A stretch of DNA of 64,000 bases from Octopus vulgaris. Its lineage: Eukaryota. Positions 1 through 14,133 of the stretch are shown one piece after another. The stretch covers positions 992,001 through 1,056,000 of the forward strand of contig OX597827.1 in the NCBI GenBank assembly GCA_951406725.2. Direction: 5' to 3'. A program made the position numbers and the translations under genes. The notes under the pieces are model-generated. The model did no database searches and had not been told where the DNA came from. It saw only the letters and a list, made by a program, of their open reading frames with translations. Position 1 is the stretch's first letter; every line of letters starts with the position of its first letter.

Positions 1-59
1 TATGTTGGAATACAATTGTCTAATAAGTATTATTTGTGCACATTTATATTAACTGAACT

Positions 60-535
60 ACACACACACACACACACACACACTCACACACGTATATATG
101 CACACTCACACACCCAAACACACACATTTTATATTATAATGCATGAATGTTGTCAAACATTCGTCAAATCTTAATCTATTATATGCATGTATGTATGTAT
201 GTATGTATGTATGTATGTGTGTATGTATGCATGTATGCATGTATACATGCATGTATGTATGTATGAATCTATGCATGCATGCATGTATGTATATATTATG
301 TATACATGTGTGCATGTAGGGAGAGCGGCAACAACGACGACGATGGGGATGATGATGATGGGTCGTCATCATCATGACGACGACAACGATGATAATGACA
401 ACGATGTTGATGACAATGATGTTGATGACGACTATGATGATGATGAAGATCATGATGATGACGATGCTAATGATGACACCAATGATAATCACGATGACGA
501 TGATACTGACGACGATGATGATGACGCCGACGATA
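60..535. repeat. Compound microsatellite (CA)n/(TATG)n/(GAT/GAC)n
   Basis: Simple repeats visible directly; they account for ORFs 106-492 and 187-582. Confidence 0.95.
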
Positions 536-859
536 GTTTGAGTGCATTTTCGGTGGGTGTGAAAATTAGAGGTTATAATTAAAAGTAATTACTATCATAG
601 AATAGAAACAGACCCAAAAGTGGTTTGTAATAATGCTAATTAATTCGGTAAACCGTAAAGCAGTGAAATGTACCGTTGTTGCTGTTATTGTTGTTACTGC
701 TGTTTTTGTTGTTGATGATATCGTTGCTTCAAATCAATCCAACAGTGACCATCCTATCTGAAACTCAGACTGCATTATCCAATATGGTCTTTTTTTTATT
801 GGATGTCTTTCGTGTTTTATCCTTTTCTTGTTTCAGTCATGCTGGAGCAACTTTACAAC

Positions 860-2564
860 ATCGTCACATTACAAGCTTTTCTTGACCCAGAGAACCATTA
901 TCAAGATTACATACCAAACATGTATGAAATGAGAGCCGCACTTAATAATTTGCCAAAGAAAGACGCCAAATGGAATTGGTCAAACAACTGTCAAAAGGTG
1001 CTTCAGGGTATTAAAAAAGATATTAATTTCGGATTTGTCGTTGGTTCATTCTGATCCTGCAGTGGAGATTGTTGTAACTTCTGACGCTTCTGAATACGGC
1101 GTAGGAGCAGTTTTGCTATACGAATATAAAGACGGTGATATGAAGGCGGTGGTTTATGCCACACGTGCTCAGATTGCAGTTGAAAAAAAAACTACAGTTA
1201 CATAGAGAAAGAAGCCCTAGCGTTTATTTTTCCGTGAAGAAATTTCTCAGATTTCTCCGCGGAAGACGTTTTCAGCTTCAGATGGACCACCAACTGTTAC
1301 TATCAATTTTCAGATCGAAGAAAGGAATTCCTACCCATTCAACTAACAGATTTCAACGCCGGGGTACAATATTGTTAAATTACAACTTTAAGATGGAGGA
1401 CATTCCTTCTAAGAAAATTGGCCATGCGGATTGCTTATGCAGGCTAATTCAGAAGAATGCGGAACTGCTTGAAGATATGGTGATAGCCAAATTACAATCA
1501 GAAAAGGAAATTAAAAACGTTATGTGTAATGTCATTCTGGAGTTGCCAGTGACTGTGCAAGATATAAAAAGTAAATGAACGGAGTAAAATACATCATAAA
1601 CATAAAGGAAGCCTTGAAAAATAAACAAAAGAGAAAGACGAATGCGAACGGTGTTTTCCTCTACGATGGTGTAGTAATGGACGCACAAAGAGTGTTAGTA
1701 CCAATTGCATTACAGAAACAGAAAATTTGGTAAAATCATTTAGACGTTGTGCGCTTGCAGCCAAGGCACCACCGGTGAAATACCAATCGTGGCCTGAGAC
1801 GGATAGTCCGTGGTCCAGGGTACATATAGACTACGCTGGACCAGTAAAAGACGCATACTACCTGGACATTGTTGATAGCTTTACAAGTGGGCCGGAAGTA
1901 TGTAGGTGCAGTCAACCCACCTCGAAGGCAACAATAAAGTTCCTGCACGGACTTTTTGTTCGATATGGTGTTCCGGACACCATAGTATCGGACAATAGAA
2001 AATAATTTACAGGATACGAGTTCAAGAAATCCTGCAAAATGCATGCTATCAAGCACATAAAAAAGGCAAGGAACAAGTTAGGAAATGACGAAGCGCTAAC
2101 TAAATTCTCATGGGTGTACAGAATAACACCCTGTCCGAATACCAGTTCAGGCAAGTCATCTGCAGAGCTAATGTTAGCTCGAAAGTTTAAATCGATCTTC
2201 GACAAATTGTTGCCAAAGGAAAAAGCGTATAGAGAAAATACAAAAAAATCAACTAAATATTTTGATGTCGGAGACAAAGTCCATTTCAAAGTATACAAGA
2301 ACGATAAAGAGAGTTGACAGCATGGTGTAGTGATTAAAAGAATTGGAAACATGATGTATTTAATAAAAGGCCAACGATGGGAGCATAAGCGACCCCTAAA
2401 CCAATTAAAAGACAAGACATATAGAAGAAAGGAAGGAAATTCCAATGGAAGTGCTTTACGACATTTTCAATGCCAGCATCAAAAGATATTGAGCAGTAAC
2501 GGAAAACGAAAGCAAACTATACATTTAGAAATAATTCCCAAGCGAAATTTCAAAAAGGGAGAGG
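860..2564 (+). pseudogene. Ty3/Gypsy LTR retrotransposon pol remnant (RT end, RNase H, integrase)
   Basis: Frameshifted fragments: LNNLPKKDAKWNWS; SDASEYGVGAVL (RNase H); MDHQLLLSIF...HADCLCRL; integrase PWSRVHIDYAGP, YGVPDTIVSDN, YRITPCPNTSSGKSSAELM. Confidence 0.92.
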
Positions 2565-2700
2565 TGTTGGAAATAAGAAAGATATACATAGATTAACTAG
2601 GGGCTACTAACACAATGAACCCTGCATTCAGACAAGCGGTAACAGCCCAATATACCTAATGCTATGAGGAAGCGCTAGACACAGTATGTGATAAGGCTAT
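2552..2700 (+). mobile_element. Polypurine tract and start of the 3' LTR of the Gypsy element
   Basis: AAAAAGGGAGAGG is followed immediately by TGTTGG at 2565, after the integrase tail. LTR end not identified. Confidence 0.55.
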
Positions 2701-2715
2701 GATTTGAGAAGTTTC

Positions 2716-2935
2716 AGGTACCGAAGCTGACAGTATCGTTAGCACACCGGAAAAAATGCTTAGCGGCATTTCGTCCGTCTTCAAATTCCACCGAGGTCGA
2801 TGTTGCCTTTCATCATTTCGGGGTCGATGAAATAAGTACCAGTTAAGCACTGGGGTCGGTGTAATTGACTGCTAAAACAAAATTCAAGGTGGTGCCCCAG
2901 CATGGCTGCAGTCCAATGACTGAAACCAGTAAAAG
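2716..2935 (+). mobile_element. SINE family B copy (degenerate, tail shared with family A)
   Basis: GAGGTCGATGTTGCCTTTCATCATTTCGGGGTCGAT core matches 61756-61982; ends ...CAGCATGGCTGCAGTCCAATGACTGAAAC. Confidence 0.75.
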
Positions 2936-3159
2936 ATGGATGTGTGTATATGTTTGTGGGTGTATGAGTATTTATGTGTATGTGTGTATTTTGTGTACGC
3001 TTATATACGGCAGACTTCAATACAGTTTATGTCAGTCGCATTTCGGGTATTTCACTCATTAAGCTTGGATCAACCAGAGACAAACGTCGACCGAACAGAA
3101 CCTGAAAGGACATGGTTTCAAAATGAACGTTTTATGCAAAGTGTCATGGCTGAGCCCTT

Positions 3160-3181
3160 TACACACACACACACAGCACGC

Positions 3182-3241
<60 letters not shown>

Positions 3242-4060
3242 ACACATACATACACACGCACTTAAGCACGCACGCGCACGCAAGCACGCAGGGACATGCA
3301 CACGTACGCATTCGCACACAGTTGCACACATACACACACACACACTCACGTACACCATTCACACACTCCCGATATCACTAAAGCATACTGCAATACACAC
3401 ACACCTCGATATATATATATAAGACATACGAATGCATACACATCCGCAAAAACACATTCGCCCAAAGAAACCCACATCGAGAAAGTTTCACGCAACGAGA
3501 ACTACACACACACATACACACATGCACACATACACACTCACACACTCACACACACACGCACACACACACTCTCTCTCAGATTCATACAAACACACACAAG
3601 AAAATGCACACGCTCACATTTTCACCTATTCATACACACATGCAAACACACTCACATACACACATACACACACCCTCAGATTCAAACACATACACACGTA
3701 CATGCACTCTAATTCATACACTCATTGCAAAGACACGCGCACGCACACAGACACACACACAAACATAGACACGCATACATACACAGTCACACACACATAC
3801 ACAGACACACTCATACATAAGCACAAACACGCACTCACTCAGACACACGTACACAAACTCACATACAAGCACAGTCACCCACACAAACAAAGAATTGTCT
3901 TCGAGTGTTTGCTGTTGCTATGGTTAAGAGCAAGGATAACAAGGATGGATTCCTTTGATTTAAATGAGGAGGCAGTGAGGGTGGGGATGTGAAGGGCGTG
4001 ATCCGGCTTCAGAGCAGAGGTTGCAGGAGCAGTGGCACTATAGAGAAGAAATAGATAGAT

Positions 4061-4127
<67 letters not shown>

Positions 4128-4310
4128 GGATGGATGGATGGATGGATGGATGGATAGATAGATTGAAAGATGGGTTGACAGATAAAAAAGAGAAAAAAAC
4201 AGACAGATAAACAGATAAACAGATAGATAGACAGACAGACAGGCAAACAGATTGCTAGATAGATGGATGGATGGATGGATTGAGAGAAATGTCCATGGAT
4301 GGATAGATTG
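3160..4310. repeat. (CA)n-rich low-complexity tract and (GATA/GGAT)n tract
   Basis: Direct inspection; interrupted by a ~150 bp unique island at 3890-4040. Confidence 0.9.
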
Positions 4311-5214
4311 TTTAAAAAAGATAAACATATCGACACATAGACGGAAGGACCGACCGATAGAAAAAAAAGGAAAGAAAGTGAGAGGGGTTGAGGGAGAGGA
4401 AGGGGCCATGTAAATTATGCCTGGATGCGACATTATAATTTGAATTTAAATTTTAATTTAAATAACTGGAAATGAAGGCAAGAAAGTAAATTAATAAAAA
4501 CACAAACAGCCAAACAAACACCGCTAAATATAAAAAAAATCAAATAAATAAACTAATAAACAAAGATTGAAGCGAGACAAGAAGAAAAAACAGCAAAAAC
4601 GAAAATGGCGAAAAGAAAACTGAAGGCGATGGAATGGTCTGTTAGTCGGAAGGAAGTAGGAGGTGATTGTTGGGTTCTTACTCTAACGATCAGAGTAAGA
4701 GAGTAAGAGTGGCGGTGTCAGGGGAGGTTGGCGGTGGGTGGGGTGGAAGCTGGTTTTATTTTCTTCCAGTGATGTTAACGAGGTTTATCTTTCCAACATG
4801 GTGGCGGTAAAACTAAATTTATACCTTTTCCATGGAGGTGGAAAACAATGATTTTCTTTCTCTTTTTTTTTTCTTTCTAGTTTAGTGATGTTGTATTGTT
4901 GTTCTTGTTGTTGTAGTAGTGATGGTGGTGTGGTTAAGAAATTTACCTTTTCATGGAGGGTGAAATGAAATTTATTGTTTCATAAAGGTAATGAAGATAG
5001 AAAAAATATATTTAGATATTTACCATGGTTGAATGGTTAAGAAGGTCGCTTTGTAACCACGTAAGTTCTGGTTCGATCCCACTGCAAATATTTGGGCAAA
5101 TATTTTCTATTCTAATCCCTAGTCGACCATTGCCTAGTGAGGTAATTTGGAAGAGGGGAATTTGAGTTCAAGCCTGTCACACACAAACATATATACACGT
5201 ACATACATACATGC

Positions 5215-5810
5215 AGGGTGCGATGGGTAAATTATCGCCATTTTATGGTTTTTATTTCGCGCATGCGCATGTTTGTTTTTGATTTTGTCGACAACACGGT
5301 ATAGTAGGGTCAGTTAGACACCGTCTGTGAGATAAACAGAACCATGACGCAATCCACTCTGCTAGAAATTTAGAAACGACATGCTTCATTGCTTGGCGTT
5401 TGCGCCGGAAGCTCCAATATGATCCTTGCAGGGTGTTAGGGTGTGAATCTGAGGACAGTGCAATCTGAGTACATGTTCCGAGAATGATAAAAATCAAACA
5501 TCCAGTCAACATCATGGTGTTTGGAGTGATCACTAGTGATGGCGACGTCATGCTTCAATTCATCTTCCCTCACGGCCTCACACTCATCACGGAGGACTAC
5601 ATAAAGAGCCTTGAAGAGGAAGTGATACCTTGGGACAAGAGAGTGATTGCGGGAAGACCCTATGTCTGGCAACAAGACTCTGCACCATGCCACACAAGCA
5701 GGAGAACAATTTTTGCCGGCTACATCACCCCTAACAAATGGCCACCTAACTCCCTAGACTGCAACCACCTTGATTATTATGTATGGGGCGCAGTTGAGCG
5801 AGAGACCAAC
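5215..5810 (+). mobile_element. Tc1/mariner-superfamily transposon remnant (maT/DD37D-like transposase fragment), internally deleted
   Basis: ORF 5484-5822 contains IMVFGVITSDG, WQQDSAPCH and WPPNSLDCNHLDYYVWG; TIR-like start CAGGGTGCGATGGGTAAATT. Confidence 0.85.
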
Positions 5811-5822
5811 ATATATATATAA

Positions 5823-5876
<54 letters not shown>

Positions 5877-6055
5877 ATATAAACAGCCATGTGTAACGTG
5901 ATATCGTAAAGGAAAATATAGTTATCACTAAATGCGACAAAGGTTGTCAAGATACCTACATTGCTAGTAAAAGCTAAAATGCTTTACTGCTGTAGGAAAA
6001 GCACATAAATGTATGCATATCTGCTCACAGGGGTTGCAATCGCCCAAAACACCGA

Positions 6056-6100
6056 CTTGATGAAGGGATATATAAAAATATCCCGGAAACATCTGTAAGA
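6056..6100 (+). ncRNA. Degenerate hammerhead ribozyme motif
   Basis: TTGATGA-A-GGGATAT(ATAAAA)ATATCCC-G-GAAAC-ATCT-GTA. Stem II is a perfect 7 bp, but C3 is mutated and stem I is poor. Confidence 0.5.
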
Positions 6101-6318
6101 CCTTCTCTTTATAAATGTTCTGAAATCTTTCACAGCCTTGGATTTTTATCTCATTCTGTTATTTTTTTTATATATACGCATGCTGATATATGACCTACGT
6201 CGGCCTCCTCATTTGCATAATCCCCGAACCTGGAGCTTAACTATTGTCTGTCCATAGCACACTTACTCAGCATTACCTGACACATTTTGGGTCTTATTGA
6301 CACCATTTCCTCTCATAA

Positions 6319-6375
<57 letters not shown>

Positions 6376-6379
<4 letters not shown>

Positions 6380-6520
6380 GTTTATTTCTGTGTTCCTTTC
6401 TGTTGAGGAGTGTAGGCTCGAAACATAAAAGACTTTCTCACTTCCCGAGCGTTAAACAATACATCTGTTTGTTGTTTACACACCCGTCTACGTCTTTTTT
6501 TCGTTTTGTAAATTCTCACT
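6376..6520 (+). mobile_element. Short Penelope-like terminal fragment with degenerate minimal hammerhead
   Basis: CTTT-CTGTTGA-G-GAGT GTAG GCTC-GAAAC-ATA-AAAG, then a tail homologous to 26281-26405 and 28452-28580; flanked by (TA)n. Confidence 0.65.
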
Positions 6521-6529
6521 ATATATATA

Positions 6530-7294
6530 TTAGACTACCGGTGACCGAACGGGTCACGGGTAGTCTGAGTTTTCCAATAACGGAATTATGTTTCGTGGGT
6601 TTTTTGTTTCCAGATTATTTCGCATGCTTTCAACGAATGTGACATCGAAATCACGCGTAAACGGCTCCTTTCCCCAGAGAGGAAAGATTTGGCTGCTATT
6701 TCTTGCACGTCCTGCTTCCACGTAACAGGTATTTCGGGTTCTTTATCCCAAATAGCTATTACGTGGTAGCAGGGCGTGCTAGAAATAGCAGCCAAATATT
6801 TGGAGATGAGATACGTTGAATGCACTCAAAAACATATGGAAAAAAATTATTTCACACCGAGGTTATGAACGGATCTTTTACGAAATATTTACCGTATTTT
6901 TAAAGTTATTTTCTCTTAAAAATATGATTTAAATATGTCAAAAAAATTTTATAATGGTATTCACTTGAAAATAATTTTAAAAAATATCAAAATATTGTAT
7001 GTTTAAAGAAAGCGAAATTATAAATATTTATTGTACAAACAAATTACATTTTTGAAATCACATTCACGTAAAAATATTTCTAAATGATTAAAATATTGTA
7101 TTTAACAAAAGCGAAAATAGAAGCATTTATTGTATTTTTTCGTTGACAAGACTCTGTGTATAATCGAAAGGTTAAAGTTTCATCTCTTTCAGGTTGAAGT
7201 TATATTCGGAACATTTTCCATTATGCACCAGTTTAGTTGGGTAACATTGCAAGCAAGCAAGCAAGATTGAACTTCACTTTTATTAGTATATAGA
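6530..7294 (-). mobile_element. Non-autonomous Helitron-like element
   Basis: Minus strand starts A|TCTATATACTAATAAAAG with a (CTTG)n subterminal microsatellite and ends in a GC-rich hairpin (GTGACC/GGTCAC) followed by CTAA|T. This fits the TC...hairpin-CTRR pattern in an AT target. Confidence 0.75.
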
Positions 7295-7649
7295 TGATAT
7301 AGTGAAGGCGCGTGTTTAGGGCGTTGTACTCACGGTCCCTAGATCGGGGGTTCAATTACCGGACTAGGCGGCCCGTTGTGTTCTTGAGCAAAACATTTCA
7401 TTTCACATTGCTCCAATCCACTCAGCCGTATGCGGGTAACCCTGTGACGGGATAGCTTTCTTATCGGGGGAAATGTTGGCCTGCTCACCCAGCCAATGGG
7501 GTGGCTTCATTCAGAGAAAGGTACAACAATGTGACCATCGATGTATAACGACATCCGATAGTGTGGTCGATACCGTGATATATATATATATATGCATGTG
7601 TGTATGTGGGTGTGTATGTGCATGTGCGTGCCTGTAAGTATGTGTATGG

Positions 7650-7697
<48 letters not shown>

Positions 7698-8009
7698 ATG
7701 CAGGATTTACCAGTCGAAAATAATACATCTATAAACGTTTATTGTAAACGGTTCTAAGTATTTCCTAACAGTTTTAAGCTTGCCCAAAAGCTTTTACCGA
7801 AATGCTAATGAGATGGAATTTACGCAGTCATTTGTTTCGAAAGATAAGATCACTGGAGTTTCTCTCAAATCCCCCTCACTGTCTTTATTTTGTATTTACT
7901 TCTTATACCTTCTCTCTCTCTCTCTCTCTTTCCCTCTGTTTATGCGTATAAGGAAAGAGAAATAGTTTAAGCCAATCGTGTTCAATTAATAAATCATAAA
8001 GTCTTTCTT

Positions 8010-8054
<45 letters not shown>

Positions 8055-8560
8055 GGTGCATATTTCTACGTAAGCATGCGTACACGTGTGTGTATGTTTG
8101 CCACCAGTGCCAAAACGTGCAGGCTGAATATCCAGTCGGCCGTGTCAAGCCGTCAGCATCCAAACTACCGCGCCCAATCGTTTCATTACGTGGTCTTCAG
8201 AAGGGAAAGAATAGTTTCATGGTTCGAATCCTACTTAATATGTTACACCATTTTTTTTTATTAAACATTTTGAAGCCTTCACCATATAACCTCTTCCTGA
8301 GTTAATCGAATATGGATATGATTGACGATAGTCCAGATATGACCATCCCACATTTTTGTATTTATGAATATTTAAGACTGCATAGTCTAATGTGTTCTAC
8401 CGTATTTTCAAGGCTGTAGAATATGATCTGAGAGAGAATTTTGACTACTGTTTGTAGCAGGTCGAGCGACAACATAGAGATATATCATATCTGATTGGCT
8501 TCCTAGCGAGAAAGGTAGATATGAAGAATGGAAAAGAACAGTAAAATTGTAGCATACATG

Positions 8561-8652
<92 letters not shown>

Positions 8653-8849
8653 GAGGAGACAAAGAAGTTATGCCTGACTGAAGCAGATGCCATATTAAGT
8701 CAAAACCACCATAATTCATGCTAAGGCATTTCTGGCAAAGCCAACTGGGTTAGAATTTAGGGTTGAAACACGGCACCATGGAGGATTCTTTTATCTGTGT
8801 CTTCACAAAAGGAAAAAAAAACATCTTTATTTTGTTTTTATTTTTTAGC

Positions 8850-8893
<44 letters not shown>

Positions 8894-9030
8894 GTTATTA
8901 TTATTATTATTATTGCTATATACCTTTAATCTATTTATCTTATTTCTTCCTTATATACGAATATGTGTGCTCGAGTATGTGAGTGTTTGCATACATACAT
9001 ACATACATTTGTATTATATATCTATGTATA

Positions 9031-9067
<37 letters not shown>

Positions 9068-9696
9068 GTATGTATGTATATGTGTACGTGTGTGTGTATG
9101 TATATATATATATACATGTATGTACATATACATGTATATGTATGAATGCGTATATATGTTTACATATGCACATGAAGGCACATACGTACGTATATGCTTA
9201 AGTTTGTGTGTGTGTGTGTGTGCATACTTGCATTGTACTGAAACGATGTCTTTGTTTCGGTTTTATCGTTTTTATCAAAGTTTTTCATATTTTCGCATAT
9301 ATATATATATCTATATATATGCGTACACGCACGTTTGTATCTACACATATATGCATACATATTTACATATATACATACATATGAGTATGCATGTATACTT
9401 ATGTATATGTATATATATATGTATATATATATGTGTATGTATATATATATATATATATACATACATATGTATATGTATATGTATATGCCAAACAAAAGCA
9501 ACTCCTGTGGCCAGGCCAGTTACATTTGCCCTGCTTGTTGTAAGTAGGTAGCAACACACGCCAATACCACCTTATCCTGAAGATGAAACTAGAAGGGTCT
9601 CACGTTTCAGACACTTGCATAAAGACTGTAGGCAATTGGCTCACGTATGTAGCTTTATAGTTACCATATATATATGTATAATATATATACATACAT

Positions 9697-9766
<70 letters not shown>

Positions 9767-10120
9767 GCGTGTGTGTATGTATGTATGTATGTATGTACGT
9801 ATGTATGTATGTATGTATGTATGTATGCATGCATGCATGCATGTATGTATGTATGTATGTATGTATGCATGTATGTATGTATGTATGTATGTATGTATGT
9901 ATGTATGTATGTATGTATGTATGTATGTATGTATGTGTGTATGTATGCATGTATGTATGTATGTATGCATGAATGTATGTATGTATGTATGTATGTATGT
10001 ATGTATGTATGTATGTATGTATGTATGTATGTATGTGTGTGTGTATGTATGTATGTATGTATGTATGTATGTATGTATGTATGTATGTATGTATGTATGT
10101 ATGTATGCATGTATGTATAT
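8850..10120. repeat. (TTA)n/(TA)n/(TATG)n microsatellite field
   Basis: Direct inspection; the (TATG)n part abuts the RTE 3' end. Confidence 0.95.
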
Positions 10121-12125
10121 GGCGGACTCTCTCGTCGAAGGCGACGTATGAGTATTCAGCGAGGAGACAGTTCTATCATCCTAATATTAATCTTACACAT
10201 TTGCTTATGTCATCTCATACGAAGTCTTTTCAGTTGACTGCTATTCTTACAATGGTGTGTCCAGGTCTCTGCTCTATATAAAGGAATTATTTGGACAACT
10301 GACTTATACACGTCTATTTTTCGTCTATTTTTGTCCTTACTGAGACATCATTGGCATTCCAAAGTCGACCATAAACTTCCCAAAAACTGTATTGGTCTTT
10401 CCAATACGAGTTTGGACCTGCCTATCGAGTTTATCCTCGCTTGTTTCTGCAGAACCCAAATATGTGAAAGCATCAATTGTTTCCAGAGCTTTGCCTTCAA
10501 CAAACACATTGGGCAAGATTTCCAGGATGTGGCTGATAAAACAGTTCAGTTATTTTTATGCTGATAGTAGTAAGCTAAAAGATCTGGCTTCTGCTGCAAA
10601 TCTGTCAATGATGTGCTGGATGTCTTGGAGTGTATGAGCAACTAGAGCAGAATCATCTGCAATCAGTAAGTTTCTTATTGTCTGAGATGCAACCTTAGTC
10701 CTTGCTTTGAGCCGCTGTTACTTGAAGATGCCACCCGTTGTTCTATATTCAAGAAAGACGCTCTCTTCTACACCAGAAAGAGCACAATCTAGCATTCCTG
10801 TAAATAACACTGGTGCCGAAATACAACCTTATTTTGTATCGTTTTTAACATCAAAAGGCTGAGACTGACTGCCATTGGAGAGAATAGATGCCTTCATATC
10901 TGTAAGAACACTATAATATTTGACATTTGCTGGGGAATCCCGAGTTTTGTTAATAGTTTCTACAAAGCATGCCGACATAGAGAATCAAAAGCTTTTGTAA
11001 GGTCAACAAATTCCACATAGAGGCCTTTATTGTTCACTCGGGCCTTCTCTTGAACTTGTCACAAACTGAATATTGTATCCGCTGTCCTGCCACCTGACTT
11101 AAACCCACACTGACTCACTGGATAGATAGAACCGACTAAGTCAGAGTGAATTCTATTTAAGATTACTCTAGAGAGGACTTTTTCTGCAACAGAGAGCAGC
11201 GATACGCCACGATGATTGTCACATTCAAGCTTATTACCCTTATATGAATGTACAATCGATACATCTTTAAATTGTTGATGGACAATTCCTGTTTGCCACA
11301 TTTGAACTATAAGCTCTGTCAATTTATCTTTCAAAGTATTTCTGCCAGATCTAAAAAATGTTCCAAGCGTACCATCTAAACGTAGATCTAATGCAAGAAA
11401 GTCAATTACTGGTCTCTGGGGGATATTATTGATTGAGTTCATGTCTACATTTGTATCTCAATAAATACATCTTTAAAATGTTCTGCCCAATGTTTCAATA
11501 TATCTTATGATATGTGAGAAGATTTCTTTCTGTAGAAAGAACAGGAGAGGACCCTTCTTTTCTTGGACCAAATGTCCCCTTCTAATTTTGATAAAGACCT
11601 TTCATGTCATATTTGTCAGCAGATTCTTGCAGAGCTTTAGCCGTTTGTTCTCACCACTTTTGGATAATTTCTAGGAATTTAGTTTGAACAGAGTTTTTGG
11701 CAGACTTGTAAAGCTTAATCATTTCTGCTGTGTTCATATAAACAATCTTTCCCTTATGAAGTCTGTACATTTCTTGAGGCTGTTCATTTATAATCTCATC
11801 ATTTTCATTAAACCAATCTTGGCTTTTACAGCATGAAAACCCAAGAATGTCTGACTCATAAACAGTATCTCTAGGATGACCCCCACGATTCTTCCATATT
11901 TTTCGTGATTCTAACATTATTTAACTTTTTATCAAGTGTTTGAGCGAGAATATCCTTCTTGTTATCTACTTTAACCTTTTGAAATATCAAGTTCCCTTAT
12001 TATTATTTTACCATTTTTTATGACCGGCATTGGTCTTATTTTCATTGTACAACAAATTATAGCCTGGTCAGACCAGCATTTTGCTTTATTGAAACAATGT
12101 GTTAATCTAACGTCATGAACGTGTT
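10119..12125 (-). mobile_element. RTE-clade LINE, 3' portion (endonuclease end, RT, 3' stem-loop, (CATA)n tail), pseudogenised
   Basis: Minus strand: HDVRLTHCFNKAKCWSD; CDNHRGVSLLSVAEKVLSRVILNR...SQCGFKSGGRTADTIFSL; VDLTKAFDS; LLIADDSAL. Stem-loop CGTCG-AAGG-CGACG at 10133-10146. Confidence 0.9.
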
Positions 12126-12136
12126 AAGATAATAAG

Positions 12137-14090
12137 CATGTCAGGGCGCTCTTGAGCGACCTGACATGTTTGTTACCATGTATTTGTAACAAGTAACCCA
12201 ATACAACCTGTTGCATGGTCGGGTCGTTGGTGACTAAATTGGCAACCCCACTGAGCTTGCTTGGTGAGGAGAGGTGATTGTTAGATATCCTGCGTGACAA
12301 AAATATAACGATAAAACTCATGTGTAGACAACGGCAATCGAATAAAGTGTACATATGTATATATTATTTATATACTTTTATTTTATTTATATTTTTTAAT
12401 TTTATATCTTTAATATATATATTCTTTTCTCTTTTATTTGTTTCAGTCATTTGACTGTGGTCATGCTGGAGCACCGCATTTAGTCGAGCAAATCGACCCC
12501 AGGTCCTATTCTTTTGTAAGCCTAGTACTTATTCTAATAGTCTCTTTTGCCGAACCGCTAAGTTACGGGGACATAAACACACCAGCATCAGTTGTTATGC
12601 GATGTTGGGTGGGGGGGGGGGACAAACAGAGACACACAAACACACACACACACATATATATATACTTATATATGACGGGCTTCTTTCAGTTTCCGTCTAT
12701 CAAATCCACTCACAAGGCTTTGGTTGACCCGAGGCTATAGTAGAAGACACTTGCCCAATGTGCCACGCAGTGGGACTGAACTCGGAACCATGTGGTTTAT
12801 AAGCAAGCTACTTATCACACAGCCACTCCTACACTATAAAATACTATATATAGTATTTTATATTTTTTATATTCCTTTTTATATATTTTTTATATTTTAT
12901 ATATTTTATATCCCGTTTTATATATTTTTTATGTTATGTTCTTTGTATATATATGTGTGTTTAAGTGTGCGTTGAGTCACCAACCCTCAACCCATTGGTT
13001 GATCAAGCCTTACCATCACTATTTAATCTGCGACCTGGTCTGCATCTGACATGTGGTACACTGTTCACCAGTACAGATGCTGTCTAGGCGCAGAGAGTGC
13101 GTTTTGTCCAGCCCAAGCAACTTTCACTTTAAACAAATTCGTAATGCTGGCCGTTCAGCGATGAAGTGATAGCAAAGGGGACAGGAGGAGAAAGTCCCTG
13201 GGAGGCTGTAACTTGAGCTTTGTACGTATGGTGATAAGAAGCAGATGGCCGTTATGAGACACTTACGTGAACAATTTTCCAGTCCGTGTCCTTAATTACA
13301 AAGCAGCGTAATTAGGATGGCACTGCCCCAAAAAATTGTTTGTTCACACAATCCTGTCATTATACTACGAATTACTGGACTTTCAACCATGAAATAAAAA
13401 AAAATGTGACAAGACAAAACTTGGAACGTAGGCACACTTCAGGACCACAAGAAGTGTCCTAAACCAAAACAACATCTGTAGCTTGGCTTCAGAGAAGTAA
13501 AATTGTTAGTTTTACCGCTTTTTCAGAGACAAAGCTACCAAATTCTAGTCGGCCGAATGAAGTAGTTGGAAGGTACACTTTCTGCTAGACTGGTAAATCT
13601 GAAGCAGAAAAGAAAAGGGAATCTGGTGTGGGTTTTACTATTAGTAATGATATTCTAGCATAAACTGGAATCCATTATCAAATGGAATTAATGATCGTCT
13701 AATGTTATTGCGAATTGCAATTGGCCTTGGAAAATATGCTACAGTGGTAAGTGCATAGGCACCAATACTTGGTTCTGCAGATGCAGCTGAGGAAAAGTTT
13801 TGTTCCGATTTACGAATATTAATGGACTGAATTTCCAATCAAGATAATTTTTTTCTTTTAAGAGAGATTTTAATGCCCTTGCTGGATCAGATTAAATTTC
13901 TTGGCTAAATATTATTGGTAAGCATGGTCTTGACTCCTCCTACGATCTTTGTGCAGTAAGTTTGGACCTTCTGTCACCAATACATTTCAATTCAATTCAA
14001 GAATCCAATACAAAAAAAAAAAGAAAACCAAACAACTTGGAATCTTCCGAGATCGAGTCATGGTCACTTAAATGACTTCATGATTGTCTT
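12137..14090 (+). mobile_element. RTE-clade LINE, inverted 5' portion (putative 5' UTR and APE endonuclease), interrupted by a SINE
   Basis: 13420-14090 translates with stops and shifts to TWNVGTL...SETKL...SGVGF...NDRLMLLRI...VVSA*AP...DFNA...TTWNLPRSSHGHLNDFMIV. 12137-12340 is homologous to the 5' end of 33803-34357. Confidence 0.8.
12424..12830 (-). mobile_element. SINE family A (tRNA-derived, ~400 bp, internal TA/TG microsatellite)
   Basis: Near full-length match to 39555-39929 and 54835-55237. Confidence 0.88.
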
Positions 14091-14133
14091 AAGCCTAAAT
14101 AGAAATATATATTTTTTTCATCTTTTACATATA

